From the NCBI RefSeq assembly GCF_009914755.1, contig NC_060931.1: a stretch of DNA of 64,000 nt; one strand, given 5' to 3'. This stretch comes from the human T2T-CHM13v2.0 reference genome, Homo sapiens. Below the pieces are notes generated by a model, which saw only the letters and a list, made by a program, of their open reading frames with translations, did no database searches and was not told the DNA's origin. Positions 1 through 17,165 of this stretch are shown here, piece by piece (position 1 is the first letter of the stretch; each line of letters begins with the position of its first letter). A program made the position numbers and the translations under genes.

Positions 1-699
1 CAATTGTGTACTTCTGGTTAGCCTGGGGAAAGTTATAGCAGCCTAAATTCAAATCTCTGCATATATCAACCAACAAGTACAGCAATACAACCACATACAT
101 GGCAAAAAACTTCAAATTACCTATGAATGGAAAAGGAGGCAACGAATCTATAGAGTTATACCTCAAGTCCCTGACCTAAGCCTTTGCAGAGAATGAGGGG
201 AGACCCATAAAAGGATAAAGAAGAAAAGGAAAGACAGGGGTCAAAATTGGAAATAAAATAACCCAAGAAAGAGAAAAGTCCATCCTATGTGTAAAAAGAG
301 CTCTGGGAGATTGGTAAATGGGAGTACAGAGCATTAGGCAGTCCCTAAGAGTGAGTAGGGACAAAAACACCGATGTTAGAAAGCCATCATTTCTGGAAAG
401 AAAGGAGGATAAAAAGGGGAGTGCAAGAAGGAAAAAGTATCCAGCAGGAAAAATGAGAACCCAAACCAAAAGACTATCCATCACTACTGCCATCAAGCAC
501 AAAAAAAGAAGAAAGTTATTCATTGAAAAAAATCACACTATGCTACATTTTCAGAAGAGGTTTGCACCTGGACTAGAAAACACAAAATAATTAATAGATG
601 AAAAAATGCCTATATAAATATCCAAAGCTTCTTTAAGAAGATAACAAACATGAAAGTCAAATATTTCAGCTAATGAAATCCACACCACTGAATGATAAA

Positions 700-1900
700 A
701 TCTCGCAAAACAGAAGAAAATAATGCAGAATTAAAAGTTGAACTAAATATCCTCAAATGAGCATTCAGAAATATTAAAAAAGCAATTTAAACAAGAAATT
801 CAAAAACCAAGAATAGAAATGGGGAAAAAAGCAGAAAGAAATAAAGAGTTTATTAGACATAGAAAGGAAATGGAAGAAAAGGAGAATACTATCAAAAAAA
901 ATAAAAACAATCACAAGATGATAAAAAGAAAAATTCAAATAATGAAGGAATTGAAGTAAAGGCACTAAAACAATGATGAAGAATGAAAATGATACCAGAG
1001 AAAGAAGTGAGAAGTATCAGAGAAAGTGGTAGAAATGGAAGAAAGGCACATAATTATAACCGGAGTGCCTGAAAAAGAAAACCACAGCAATGAATCAAAA
1101 CTAGTGTTTAAATTATAATCCAAGAAAACTTTCCAGAAATAAAAGAAGACCTGAATCGACATTTGGAAAGGATCCAGGGGGTACTGGAAAAAATTAATCT
1201 GGTATGGTAAACTAACTCAAGACATCTTTCAGTAGAACTATGAAAAATGAAGAAAAATTCCTCAGAACCTCCAGGCACAAAAGTCACATAATTTATAAGG
1301 GACAGAAGAATTTGGCTAGCATCAGACTTGTTAAAAGAAACATACAAACCAAAGCAGTGGTGTAGATGCATTTTTAAGAAACTTTAAAAATTGAGAACCA
1401 AGGACTTTATATCTGGCCAATCTGTCATTCAAGTATAGACGTTATTTTAAAAAGTTTCAAATATGCAACAATTGAGGAAATAACAGTAACTTTCCTAAAT
1501 TAAAAAAGTTTAAAATAAAAGAGAATCATATACAGAAACAAAGCAAATATAGTCAAATACACATAAAACTTACAACAAGGGTTTTCACATTATCTCACAA
1601 AGCAAAGACAGACTCAATTTATGCTACACAGGGAAGACAAACAAAAACAGATTCAGAAAGGTGAAAAATAGAATGATGGCAGCAGCATGGCAGGCAAATG
1701 CCATTTCCATATGGAAACTAAGGAATACATTTAAAGCAAGGATAAGAAGCAAATTCATGGCTTCAAAAGCTTTATCAATAAAAATGAAAGAGTGAAAATA
1801 AATGAATTAAATCCTTGACTTAAAAATCTAAATAAAGAATAACGAAATAAAGCAAAAAAAGTACACGAAAGGAAATGCTCATGAGAAGAAGAGTCTATTA
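700..1900 (+). mobile_element. Ancient L1M/HAL1-like ORF1 remnant
   Basis: A-rich degenerate ORF1 motifs (GGAGTGCCTGAAAAAGAA, ATCCAAGAAAACTTTCCAGAAAT, CATCAGACTT). Confidence 0.6.
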
Positions 1901-1991
1901 TATCTACCCCTCTGTGTATCTACTTTGCTGTTTTATATTTCTTCCCTACATTCTAGGATTCCTTCTTGCATTTCCTTTTTGTTTCCAGAAC

Positions 1992-2645
1992 TTTTTAAAT
2001 TTTAAGTTCCAGGGTACATGTGCAGGATATGCATGTTTGTTACACAGGTAAACGTGTGCCATGGTGGTTTGCTGCACCTATCAACCCTTTACCTAGGTAT
2101 TAAGCCCAGCATTCATTAGCTATTTTTCCTGATGCTCTCCCTTGCCCTACCCTCCCCTGACAAGCCCCAGTGTGTGTTGTTCCCCTCCCTGTGTCCATCT
2201 GTTCTCACTGTTCAGCTCCCACTTATAAGTGAGAACATGCAGTGTTTGGTTTTCTGTTCCTACATTAGTTTGCTGAGAATAATGGCTTCCAGCTCCATCC
2301 ATGTCCCTGCCAAGGACATGATCTCATTTCTTTTTATGACTGCATAATATTCCATGGTATATATGTATCACATTTTCTTTATCCAGACTATCATTCATGG
2401 ACATTTGGGTTGATTCCATGCTATCAAAAAAGAGCTCATATAGCCAAGACAATCCTAAGCAAAAAGAACAAAGCTGGAGGCCTCAGGCTACCTGACTTCA
2501 AACTATATCACAAGGCTACAATAACCAAAACAGCATGGTACTGGTACAAAAACAGGCACATAGACCAATGGAAGAGAATAGAAAACTCAGAAATAAAACC
2601 ACGTATCTACAACCATCTGGTCTTCCACAAACCTTACAAAACAAC
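1992..2645 (-). mobile_element. 5'-inverted truncated L1PA (3' end on minus 1992-2420; ORF2 piece on plus 2425-2645)
   Basis: Minus-strand L1 3' UTR joined directly to plus-strand [13 protein letters not shown]...TAWYWYKN coding sequence. Confidence 0.8.
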
Positions 2646-2649
2646 TTCA

Positions 2650-4400
<1,751 letters not shown>

Positions 4401-6586
4401 TGCTGGGATTGGAGCTATAGTTATGAAATCATGATTTCATACACACACACGTGTGCACATACGTGCAGTGAAAGGGCCTAGAAACAAGGACACACTGGCA
4501 GTAATGAGTGCACATACCACTCAGGTCTTGGTTTCCAAATACCATTCTCCTCTAAAAGGAAGCAGGGCTCCTTGGAAAAATGGCTGATTCCAAGGCTAGC
4601 ACAAGGAAAATCAAGAAAAGCCTGGAGCATTATAAATTTATAAAGACATGTCAAAAAGACATCCAGCTTAGGAACATTCAAAATGGCTAGGCCTGGAACT
4701 GATATTTGTGTATAACATACGGTTTTTCTCATATAGATAGACTATTCCAGCATCATTTAGTGAAAAGTGACCTGCAAGACAATCTTGCTGAAATTGCTTT
4801 GAATCTGAACATCAACTGGGGAGAACTGAATTACATGAAACTTCATACATATAAATGTGTTTTATTTTTCTATTTATATCTTAGAAATTTTAAAATAAAT
4901 TTCCCCATACAAATACTGTATGTATTTTGTTAGATTCATTCAGATCCTATGCATTTTTCTAATACATAAGGCATATTTAAAAAAATATGTTTTCTGTGTG
5001 TTGCCAAAGAATAGAAATGCAATTGATTTTTTAATATTAAACTTATATCTAGCCATGGTATTGAATTCTTCTAATTTCTAATAATTTGTCTGTCAATCAT
5101 TTTATTCTTTCTAGGTAAATATGATACTATAATAAATTTTGCTTCTTTCTGTTTCTTTCCTTTTCCTATTATTTACTTTTCTTGCATTACTAGGCTACTT
5201 TGGACCTTTAATAAAATGTGAAAAAGCACATTTATCTTTATATTGATTTTAAACAGAACACTCTAAATACCTTATTATCGGTAAGACTAATGACTGCTGA
5301 AGAATTTTACTGGGTTGAGAAAACTGTTATTTATATTGTGTTAAATGTTTTCATTATAAATGGGTGTTCAATTATATCAATTTTATTTTCTGCATCTAAT
5401 GGGATGATCATAAGACATTTTTCTCTTTTAATCTCTTAGTATGATAATTTACATTTTTGGATTTTCCAGAAACATCTTTGGATTCCTAGAATAAGCCAGA
5501 TTTATCACAAGTGGATTATCTTTATCAGATATATGGCTGCTCTTGAGTTACTAATCTTTTACACTTTTGTGTGTAAGGAATGTTTTTAATCTAGGTGAAA
5601 TTTTGAATCTATGCTCATGAGTAAGAATATCCTTTCTCATACTATCCTTATCTGGCCTTAGTACTGAGCTTTAGATTATCTTGGAGGTTTCATTTCCCTT
5701 CTTGTAATGATTCTCATGCCTCATGGTGCACACAAAGTTCCCCTTTGTAAATTTTGTAAATTTCAGCATGCGCTCAATTCAATAATTACTTTGTCACCAA
5801 AAATTGGCGTCTCCCATTAAACAGTGAATTTGCTTCTATTGACGTTAAACTCTAAAATGAATCACTTAGATCTAAAAATACCTTCCTTGTTCAGGTTGTG
5901 TGTAATAAATACTTATTTTTGCCAAAGATATACAGAGCTAAAAACAGAAGATAATACCTAGGGAGGCTTAAAAAACATGTAAGCTGAACATTTGGTTAAA
6001 TCTCAACTTTTCCCTCCTTAGATTTTTTGTTTCTTTGATATTCTTGATTTTAAAACTTAGTCAATTCATGTTCTTTCCAGTCTACTATTGAAAATGTTGT
6101 TGAAAATGAAGACAGTTAATTTTCCTTTGAGTGCAGCCTTGGCAGAATTTTTTTTGATGTTTATGGACACACTACTATTTATTGTCATTTTTCAATAGTT
6201 TGCAACTGAAATTCTGACCTTCTTTTATTAAATTGCTCAATTTTTCTGAAGTGAAAGAATTATATATTAGAAGTGTAATGTCGATATGTGAATTTCTACA
6301 AAGCCTGCATGCCTAAGGACAGGTGGCCTGGGTAAAGAGTCAAATTGGTAGAACCAATAAAGAATAATAAAAAGACAAAAAAAGCATCATGCCATTCATT
6401 CAACAACTTAGTGGACAAATCTTTCTATATTTTCACCATAAAGGATGGGAGAATGCCTCCAACAAGGAGAAAATAGCAACTCCTTCCATTTTGTTCTCTT
6501 GTATTGTGTGTAGGAACCTACCTCCTCAACTTGTAACATTTCCAGACTTATCCTTTCAATATATAACATGTAAACATACAGTTCAT

Positions 6587-6853
6587 TTCTTCTGTCACCC
6601 AGGGTGGAGTGCAATGGGGTAATCATGGCTCACTGTAACCTTCCAGGGCTCAAGCGATCCTCCTACCTCAGCCTCCTGAGTAGTTGGGATCACAGGCTCA
6701 TGCCACCATGCCCAACTAGTTTTTCTATTTTTTGTAGAGACAGGGTTTTGCCATGTTGCCCAGGCTGGTCTCAAACTCCTGGGCTGAAGCTCTCTGTCCA
6801 CGTTGGCCTCCCAAAGTGCTGTGATTATAGGCGTGAGCCAGTGTGTGTGGCCC
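6587..6853 (-). mobile_element. AluJ
   Basis: Diverged Alu with AluJ features (GGGCTCAAGCGATCCTCC). Confidence 0.85.
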
Positions 6854-7536
6854 AGGGTTTATTTTTTAATAGAAGAACATCACAGACCAGAGAAAAAGAA
6901 TATTGTCTGTCTCATATTAAGAGAATTTAGGAGTTGCACTACCTGCCTAATAACTTATTTTACTAGGAAACCATGGAGGTAATATGGGCCATCCATCTGC
7001 ATATTTGGGAAGAAGCCAAGCAAAAATTAGGTAGTGGCTGAATTCAAATTAGAAGGGGCTGGGAGACTGTAAGGAAAATGTTAAAAGGACAAAAGTAATA
7101 GAGTCTAAAGTTGGAAGCAGAAGGAAAGAGAGACAGATGATGGATAGATGCAGAGGAAAGAAAAGGAGAAAGCTGGCAAGAAACTACAAACTTGAGTTAT
7201 GGTGAAGGGAAGGTTAACTGAAGCTAAAGAGAGAAACTCAAGACAAACACATTTTAAAAAGCAAGGCTGTATGGATATAGCAGAATGAAACATAAAGGAA
7301 GAGTGGCCTGAAAGTTAGTTGTGAAATATGTGAGCTAACTTCTTGAAAATGATTTCTAGTCCTTGCGAAGGACTATTTCCTTACATATCTATCTACCTTA
7401 GATAGTAACTATTTTTAAGACAGTAGCTATTTATTAATTATAAATCATTAGCATTTTAAAGCATATTAACTGTGTTCAGTTTATAGAAATAAAAAGTAGA
7501 ATTTAAATAAACTGCATTAAAAACATTGAATCTTAC

Positions 7537-7596
7537 CCAGCAGTTGAGTTTAGATACTCCCAGTTTTTGAATTTCATTTCTCTTTAGAATTATTGC
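7537..7596 (-). pseudogene. DPY19L2P2: DPY19L2-like exon 12 (60 nt)
   Basis: tttag|GCA ATA ATT CTA AAG...TGC TGG|gtaaga; AIILKRNEIQKLGVSKLNCW. Confidence 0.92.
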
Positions 7597-8252
7597 CTAA
7601 AATGCACATAAGGGAAAATGAAACAATTCAACACAATTAACATTTATATTTTGTATAAATGGTACATTTCAAAAATTATATAGCCACCCTGTTCCATCTC
7701 AGCTATCACCAGCCATTTTCCTCCTTAACTGTTGATTTTTCAAATTTTGGACAAATTTTGGCAAATTTCCTTGAGGTGAGAGTTAAATGGTTTGTGTGTC
7801 AAAAAGTTGCCTCGTTATTTCCTCACTTAAATACCCTGGCCATTTTCTGCAGGATAATTCCTCTACAAAGATAAATGGTATGTGAGCAGATGAGAGCATC
7901 CATGCAAGTCTGTATGTCAGTTATCCAGCAACGTTAGTGAACTAAACTAACATGAAAATCCTTCCTCTCCAAACTGCCGAATAAAATATTTAAACATGTT
8001 TAAAAAATTTATACTCATGTGAAAGAGAACTTCTCCGATGCTAGAAAAAAGATTATTTTTAAAAAATACAGTATTAATCAGCAGAGAAGCACCACCCCTG
8101 GCAGTCTTTATAAAGGCCTGTAGAATAAGGTTCCAACTATAGGCTTGTATTGTAAGGGGAGGGCAGCAGAAGAGGCCTTGGGTCTATGCAAGGTAAGAAG
8201 TTGGAATTGAGACTAATACATAAAGCTAGGGTCCTCAAAACTATACCTGCAG

Positions 8253-8618
8253 TGCTATGAACTGAGTATTTGTGTCCACCTCAAATTCACAGACTGAATC
8301 TTTAATCCCCAGTGTGATAGTGCTTGGAGGGTGGGCCTCTGGGAAGTAATTGAGTCATGAGGGTGAAACCCTCATGAATGGGATTAGTGTGCCCGTATTA
8401 CAAAAACTAGAGAGTTGATGTCTCTCTCTACCATGTGAGGACACAGCAAAAAGGCTTCTGTCTGCAAACCACAAAAAGGGCTTTCACCAAGAACCAAATC
8501 AGCTGGCACCTTGATTTCTGAACTGCTCAGCCTCCAGAACTCTGAGAAATAAATTCCTGTTGTTTAAGCCATCCTGTCTGTGGTACTTTTGTTATAACAG
8601 CCCAAACTGACTAAGACA
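8253..8618 (+). mobile_element. MaLR solo LTR (MLT1A-like)
   Basis: TGCTATGAACTGAGTATTTGTGTCC...CAGCCTCCAGAACTCTGAGAAATAAATT...CAAACTGACTAAGACA. Confidence 0.8.
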
Positions 8619-9757
8619 CACAGTGACTAAGAATACTTCACCTACCATCTCTACAAGTTGATAGGTTATTTGTTTATTCCCAAGTTTGGGGTGAAAACAG
8701 TGCGCTCATGAGAAACTGAATTCTTCGACTTGCGTATTATTTAGACTTAGATTCCAATTTTTTATCATTTAGTTGGTGAAGAAATTCCCAAAGTGAGCCA
8801 GGATTACTAAACTTCCAATAGGAAAATATAAATGTATCAGATTATTCATTGCAACATTGTTTGTAAATGCAAAAGTTAGGCAACAACCTAAATGCCCAGA
8901 CATAGGAGAGTGACTGAATTACAGTAAATCCACAGTAGAACACTAGGAAGCTACCAGAAAGAATGAGGAAAATCTCTATGAACTGATATCCAGGATAGGC
9001 TGTTAAATGAAAAAAAAAAAAAAAAGGGGAAAAGGCTATCTTTAATATAAGAAGAGGAGATATAAAAAATATACATGTAACAGTTATTAGTACTTCAAAA
9101 AGCCAACTAAATGGGTCAACCAGAAAACTAATGAGATTTCTTACCTACAGGGAATAGGCAGTAACAGGGTGAAAAGAAAGGTGGAGAGAATGTGCTGGAA
9201 GGAATAGTGGGAAGTATTTTCTGAGTATAATTTTATATATATCTTCCTCATTGAAACATGGTAATGTTTCACCCAAAGTAACTAAAATCAATCAGAATGA
9301 AACTTCTGCTTCTGTCCAAGTTTGTATAACAGGAACCACATTTACTTTCTCACCCTAAAAAACTAAAATACCAAGCAAAATAGATTATAGAGACAACTAT
9401 GAACAATTATATGCCAACAAATTAGATAACTTATAAGAAATAAATTTCTAGAAACATACAACCTACCAAGAGTAAATTATGAAAACACAAAAAAACTCAA
9501 CAGATCTATAACTAATAAGGAGATTAAATCAGTAATAAAAATTTTCTCAACAAAGGAAAACCTCGAACCAGATGGCTTCACTGGAGAATTCTATGAAACA
9601 TTTAAATAAGAATTCACACCAATCCTTCTCAAGCTCTTCCAAATAACTGAAGAGAACACTTCTATACACATTTTATGAGGCCAGCATTACTCTGATACCA
9701 AATCCAGAAAAAGATACTACAAGAAAACTACAGGCCAGTATCTCTGATGAATATAGC

Positions 9758-9760
<3 letters not shown>

Positions 9761-9811
<51 letters not shown>
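9761..9811. repeat. (AC)25 microsatellite
   Basis: Perfect dinucleotide run. Confidence 0.98.
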
Positions 9812-9813
<2 letters not shown>

Positions 9814-12800
9814 TATTTCTTTTAAAAATGAGCAAAGCACTTGAATAAACATTTCTCCAAAGAATAAATACAAATGTCCAACAGGTATTTAAAATGATGT
9901 TCAACATCACTTATCATCAGGGAAATGTAAATCAAAACCACAATGAGATACCACCTCAAACCTGTTAGGATGGCCATTATAAAACAAAACAAACCAAAAC
10001 TAAACCAGAAGTAACAAGTCTTCGCAAAAATGTAGAAAAATTGGAATGCTTATGCACTGTTGGTGGGAATATAAAATAGTGCAGCCAAAGGGCACATCGG
10101 GTAGTCTACACAGAAGAGTTTGCTTCAGAGAGCAGCAATATTAGCCATAAACTAACTAGTACTTTAATTCCAGCTAACAAATCTTAAAAGCAAGACCTGA
10201 AAAGATCAGCCTATGTTCAAGTGGCTTAACTGCATCACAGAAAAAAGCTCAAGAATATCTATAGGAATAAGAAAATAATCCAGCAGCTAACAAGGTAAAA
10301 GTCACAAAGCCTGGCATCAAAGTAAACATTGCCAAGCATGCAAACACTTAAGAAAACACAACCCCGATATGAGAAGAAGAAACAATTAATTGAAACTGAC
10401 ACAGATGACAGAATTAGCAGGTGGAGGCACTGAGGCAGTTAGTATAACTGTATTACACATGGTGAAGAAGTGGTAACAGAGAAAGAACATGTTAACTAGA
10501 GACACAAAAATACTTCAAAGATCCAAAATGAACTTTTAGATATGAAAACTACAGTGACTTAAAAGAGAAATACACTGGATGTGATTAACAACAGGTTAGA
10601 TACTGCAGAAAAACAACTAGTGAACTCTTGAAGACACAGCAATAGTAACTATCCAAAATTAAATAAAGAACAAAAATAAACATAGGCTCCATGAACCACT
10701 GAACAATTTCAAGCAGGCCAATATACATGTAATGAGAGTCCCTAAATGAAAGTGAGGTGGGGAGGCAGAAAAATATTTGAAGAAATAATGGCCAAAATTT
10801 TTCCAAATTTGATAAAAATTGTAAACCTAAAGATCTAAGAATTTCAATTAATCCTAAATACAAGAAACATAAAGAAAGCTATATAGTAAGGCACATTATA
10901 TAAACAAACTGCTCAAAATCAGTGGTAAAGAGAAAATCTTATTTCTAGCTAGGAATAGCTAGAGAAGTAACATATTATTTATAGACAAAAGCGTAGAGAT
11001 GTCAACAGATTTCATAAGAAAAAAAATGCAAACAACAAGACAAGTCAAGCAGCATCTTTTAAATTCTTAAAGAAAAGTGCTGTTAACCTGCAATTCTACA
11101 CCCAGGAAACATACCTTTCGAAAACGAAGGCAAAATAAAGACTTCATGACCAGGTGATTTGCACTAAAGGAAACGTTAAAGGAGGTCTTTCAGACAGCAA
11201 GAATACAGTAGGTCAATCTGGCTGTACACAAGTAAAAGGCACCGAAAATGGTAACTACAGGGTAAATATATAACATTTTAAAAATTTTAAATACTTTTAA
11301 AAGGTAATTTACTGTTTAAATAAAAACAAAAATTTATTGAGATTTCTATATCACATGTTTAAGTAAAATGTATGACAATAACATGAAATAAATTTAAAAA
11401 TGTACTTTATCAAAATATGTGGGATGTTGATAAAGCAGTACTTTGAGAAAAGTTTATAGCACTAAACACCTGTGTTTAAAAACAAAAAACAAAAAACAGG
11501 AAAGGTCTCAAGTCAATGACCTTGCTTTATACCTTTAAAAAAAAGAAAAAGACTAGAAAAAAAGCAGAGCAAAACCCAAAGTAAGCAAAAGAAATGAGGT
11601 AACAAAGACTGAGTAGAAATCAATGAAACAGTAGAGCAAATCAATGAAAACAAAAGCTGGTTCCTTGAGAAAATTAATAAAATTGATATACCTCTAACCA
11701 GACTGATGAGAAAAAAAAATAGAACACAAACATCTAATACCAGGAATGAAAGAGGAACTATCACTACAGATACTATAGATACATAAAAGAAATAAAATAT
11801 TATGCCTTTGTCAATGAATTTGACATCGTAAATAAAATAAAAAAATTCCTTGAAAGATACAACAAAAGTTCACTCAAGAGGAAATGGATAACACGAATAG
11901 CCTTATACCTTATTAATGAAATGGAACTTGTAGTTAAAAACATTCCTACAAAGAAAGTCCTAGATGGTTTCACTGGTAAATTCTACCAAATATTTAGGGA
12001 AGAAATCCTAAGGATTTTACACAAATTCTTCAGAAAACTGGAGAAGAGGGAACACTTCTTAACTCATTTTATGAGGCCAGCATTGCCATGATACCAAAAA
12101 AGACAAAGATGTCACAAGAAAACTATGAACCAATTATTGTCATGCACTTAGGTGCAAAATCGTAAGTACAATTTTAGAAAGCTGTATTCAACAAAAAATA
12201 ATAAAACAGCATGACCAAAGTGAGGTCTATTCAAGGAATGCAAAGATGCTATAACATTTGAAAATCAACCAATATAATGCAGCACATTAACAAAACAGAA
12301 AAGAGAAACTATATGATATATCTTCAAAATTCATTTTTGAAAAAACTCAGCAAGCTGAACAGAAGGGAACTTCTTTAACCTGATAAAGGGCTTCTCTGAA
12401 AAATCCTATAGCTAACACAGTTACTGAAGGATGAAAGACTGAACAATTAAACAAAACTTACATTTCAAAATGAGCCATTTAAAATAAGATATTTAAAAAT
12501 ACTAAAATATGTGAAAGAATGACATAAATCAAAATCAGAAAAACTGAGAAATGAGCTGACAGAAATCAAATAATTTGAAATAAAACAAAAATAATTTCAG
12601 ACATAAAAAACTAGAAGGAATATGAGGAAATGAACACAACAATAATGCCTTAAGAGCTATAAAAGGTGAAGAGAAGAAACTTTTAGAAATAAAAAAAGAA
12701 ATAAAAGTATTCAAGAGAAAGTGATACGTTTATAACGTATCAAAACTTGTAACACTTTTAATAGCAACCCTTTTGGACAGAAGTAAAACAAGTACTCAAA

Positions 12801-12819
12801 GCAAAAAATAAAAGAGACA

Positions 12820-13315
<496 letters not shown>

Positions 13316-14796
13316 TTACTCACATAAAAACATGAAATAAGGTTGATAAGGCAGAAAGTACAGTATGCAATACTCTATGTTCTGACAATATAGATACAGA
13401 ATTAGTTAAAAAAAATGGGTGAAGAGAATGAAAGAAGGATATGCAAAAAAGTCTTTATTTCTCATAATCATGTGCGTGGTGCAGTATAGCAATTCTCATG
13501 CATACACTTTGGGAGAAGGCAAATGGATATATGATATTCTATCATCCCCTGGCTTCTTGAGACCCAAGAGAAACAAAAAAAACAAATACAGGATAGAAAG
13601 AGTTAAGTAAAAACCCTATATTCTTGAATTTGATTTGGAAATACCCATCAGAACTTGTGAGCTAGTTTACCATAAATGCATGCACACACACACATGCACA
13701 CACACATATTTTCATGGTAGATTTTTAAAGAAAAAGAGAGAGCCTGCAACCTATAATATTTCCTAGCTCTGCCCACTAATAAGGCCTAGAAACAATGACC
13801 TACTCAGTAGCAATGAGCATCCTTGGGTCCCAGACTGCAGTCTTAAAACACGATTTCCCCAATAAAGGCAAGAAGGGTGCCTTGCAGGAATGGCTTCCTC
13901 CAGGTTTTGGGCAGGAGTACACAAGAGAGACCTGGAAAAACTTGTCATACATGACACAAGTATGCTATCAGACCACCAGTGTCATGTCAGAGAACTTAGG
14001 AGAAACCTAAAGAGGCTCCCCTGGTCAACAAAGAAACAATCTGAGAATGAGTAAAGATATTAACTTCAATTAACTTGAAATACATCAAAAATGCTTAAAT
14101 CCCTATGTTCCTAATGAAACCTAAACACACACATACACAGCCCAAAGAGCCCACATTTGGAAGATGACAGGGAATCAATTCATTATTTTTAAAACTTGCA
14201 AATAAAGAGGTAAATCAACATTTACTTTACTTCTCCTAAATGAACTTCAGATGACAGATTAGAACGTGACCACTTTGCAATCCCTAATGAATTAACAGAT
14301 CCAGCATAAGGCACTGAAGGCTAGTACCATGAAGAGAGACATCATGTGCCTTTTAATGAAAGAACAATACTAAAGACTTGCAAAAGTGATCAAGCCTGAA
14401 GCAATCCAAGTTTCAGATCCAATTTCTAATATATCAAGCTATACCATGAGACAAAGAAACATGCTTAGCTACACCACAAGAACTCAAAAAGCAAAATCTG
14501 GACCATGAAATCCTCCACATGTTCTATGACTGTGGTTCTTCAACAAATAAATTTCATGAGGATAAAACCAGGCAGATATGCAGGAAACTTGTAGCTAAAA
14601 AGAGAAACTTAAGTGATGAAACTATAAAGGGATGCTGGAAAGTTACTATCACAGCAGTCAAGATAGTCATTATCGTTTTAGGGCAGTACAAGAGAGTGCT
14701 TTGGGACAGGTCACATGGAGGCTTCTACACTCATTTAGAAAGTTACAATTTTGATATAATGGTAGTTTAAGAATGTTTGCCACATAATACATAACA

Positions 14797-15121
14797 CAGT
14801 CAGCCCTCCACATCCATGGGTTCCAGTTGCTGCAGATTCAACCAACAGCAGATAGAAAATATTTGAAATAATAATAATACAACAGTTTAAAAAGTACAAA
14901 TGAAAAAACAATACAGTATACAACTATTTGCATAGTATTTATATTGCATTAGACGTTATAAGTAATCTAGAGATGATTTAAAGTATATAGGAAGATGTGC
15001 ATAGATTATATGCAAATAACACACCATTTTATATAAGAAACTTGAACATCTGCAGATTTTAGTATCCACAGGGGTTGGGGGTGTCCTGGAATCAATCCCT
15101 GCAGACACGAAGGGGACATTG
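14797..15121 (-). mobile_element. MER2 (Tigger-family non-autonomous DNA transposon)
   Basis: Terminal inverted repeats CAGTCAGCCCTCC.../...GAAGGGGACATTG; internal TAATCTAGAGATGATTTAAAGTATA. Confidence 0.8.
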
Positions 15122-15559
15122 TACTCATCAGTATTAGCCAGCACTAAGTCAGCACACAAAACATTTGCTTTATGCAGTTTTATCTGTACTATATTTCAAA
15201 ATAAAAAAAAGTTTTCATTAAAAGAGGTAGATGAGCACACTATTAGGAGTCCTCTACTCTGTAATGGTGAAATAGTTTGACAAAATGTTGGAAAGAAAGA
15301 GCATTTTTTCTGGGAGAGAAAGAGGAGGGATTACTATGAGGGAAAAAGGATATGGAAAGCAAAAATGTTAAAACATAAGGGCAATCCCAAAAGATTAAAT
15401 CACTGCACCATACATGGAAAAGTGCTATATTTTGGCATTACCGTAGTTGGTATCATTTCTGATCAGTGTGGAGATGGGAGGTACAGGAGAATATTCTAGG
15501 TTCTGGCTTATAGATATCAGAAGTATAACTACAATGTAATAGAACTGACTTACTAAACC

Positions 15560-16020
15560 ACCCTTCCAAACACATATCCAAAAGAGTGTCATTCCATGTA
15601 GTTCCCGTGAGGAGACTGCACACTTATTCTAATTATCTTGCCATCGCTCAAAGTAGTTTGGAACTACACTTTCTAAACTGCCTTCAGAAATAATTTAGTT
15701 ATAGGTGCAAAATAATCAGTCTTATGACTTTACTGTCACACCATCGTTTGAGCAAGATCTGTATTACCCAGCCCAATCACACAAAATATTCACAAAATTT
15801 TGGTCATTTCCAAAAATCAAATCCACTCTTGAAAGGCAAGACATACTAAAGAATGTGCCATAGTCTGTGAAGGAAACTCAGAGGAGTTCCAAAAATGTTC
15901 TGGGCAATGGCAGTGTCACTGCAATGAGTATTTAACCTCCTCAAGTGACTTAGGAGAAAAGAAGTCAATTTTACCATAAAATGGGATATGATTAAAGTAA
16001 GTCTTATTACTTTATGATCA
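15560..16020. mobile_element. MARNA-like mariner relic
   Basis: TTTCCAAAAATCAAATCCACTCTTGAAAGG...GAGGAGTTCCAAAAATGTTCTGGGCAATGGCAG, recognised by eye. Confidence 0.55.
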
Positions 16021-16238
16021 TTTTTAAATATTTACTTGGGCACTGTCTTAAAAAGAAAAACTTCCTACTATAATATTTTTCAAGGATAAGATAAATAAAA
16101 AGCTTTGCTTGGGAAGAATTTTGTCATGTTGAGTGATAATCAGGAAAGGGCCTATTTATTCTCTTATACCTGTTTTAGACAGGAAAACATGCTATTTGGC
16201 AGTTTAAAAAAACCCAACTTTATGAACTAAACACTTAC

Positions 16239-16325
16239 CCATGTCATTAACAAAGATGAAGAATAATAAGAAGATAAGTACATTGAATTTCCAAACATCA
16301 AAATGAAACTAAGGGTAACTGAAAT
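16239..16325 (-). pseudogene. DPY19L2P2: DPY19L2-like exon 11 (87 nt)
   Basis: tttcag|ATT TCA GTT ACC...ACA TGG|gtaagt; ISVTLSFILMFGNSMYLSSYYSSSLLMTW. Confidence 0.93.
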
Positions 16326-17087
16326 CTGAAAAAAATGAAAAAAATACATTTTATGGTTATTACATATATTGGCATAATGCATATTTTGTAGGTATATAGC
16401 CATTTCTAATGCAAATTTATTTGCATAAAGATGAATGACCCTTGGCCAAATGATAATAGAACTTCAAGTCACTGCTAGATTCTAAGTATGAAAATTCAAG
16501 ACCATAAACTCTATCTGGCAGAATTTAACTTTTTCTCCATCTGCTACTTGGAACAATGAAAAATAAGTCTATGATTTCTATTGTTTTAACAATGGAGTAA
16601 TATAATAAGAAAGACTTAGTTATAAACACCAGTTTTACTAATCATATTTTTGTTAGACTTCAGGACTTCTATTATTTATGGAGCTTTACTAACTTTTTAT
16701 GTTTCTAAGGAAGCTATGTTTGGGACCTAAGCCAAAAACAAAATCGCAAGAATATAAAATTTCAGTTAGAGTGTCATATTCAGGCAAAATGCTAAAAATC
16801 TCATGTCTGAGAAAGAAAAGGCAGTTTTAAAAGTAGTAATAATAATAAGTAAAACATAAAAATATAAGTTCTAGAGAATAAAACACATCTACAGTCCAGT
16901 TGAAAGAATAATCTGTTATAATATGTCATCTATAATATACATTTCCAGTTTTCCTTCTGGATATCACCAATACCATATGTATTAAATATTACCAAAGAGG
17001 AAGTACCCTATAAAACAGAATCACTTCGATTTTATAAACTCTGAGAACCTATCTTAATATTTGACTTATATATATTAAAAATGTTAC

Positions 17088-17165
17088 CATGTTCATATAA
17101 ATGATCTTCTGAAATTTGCTTGGTTCAATGTATCCCACAACATACATGGGAAATAATGATGCTAT
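17088..17165 (-). pseudogene. DPY19L2P2: DPY19L2-like exon 10 (78 nt)
   Basis: tttcag|ATA GCA TCA...AAC ATG|gtaac; IASLFPMYVVGYIEPSKFQKIIYMNM, visible inside ORF 17049..17234. Confidence 0.93.
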
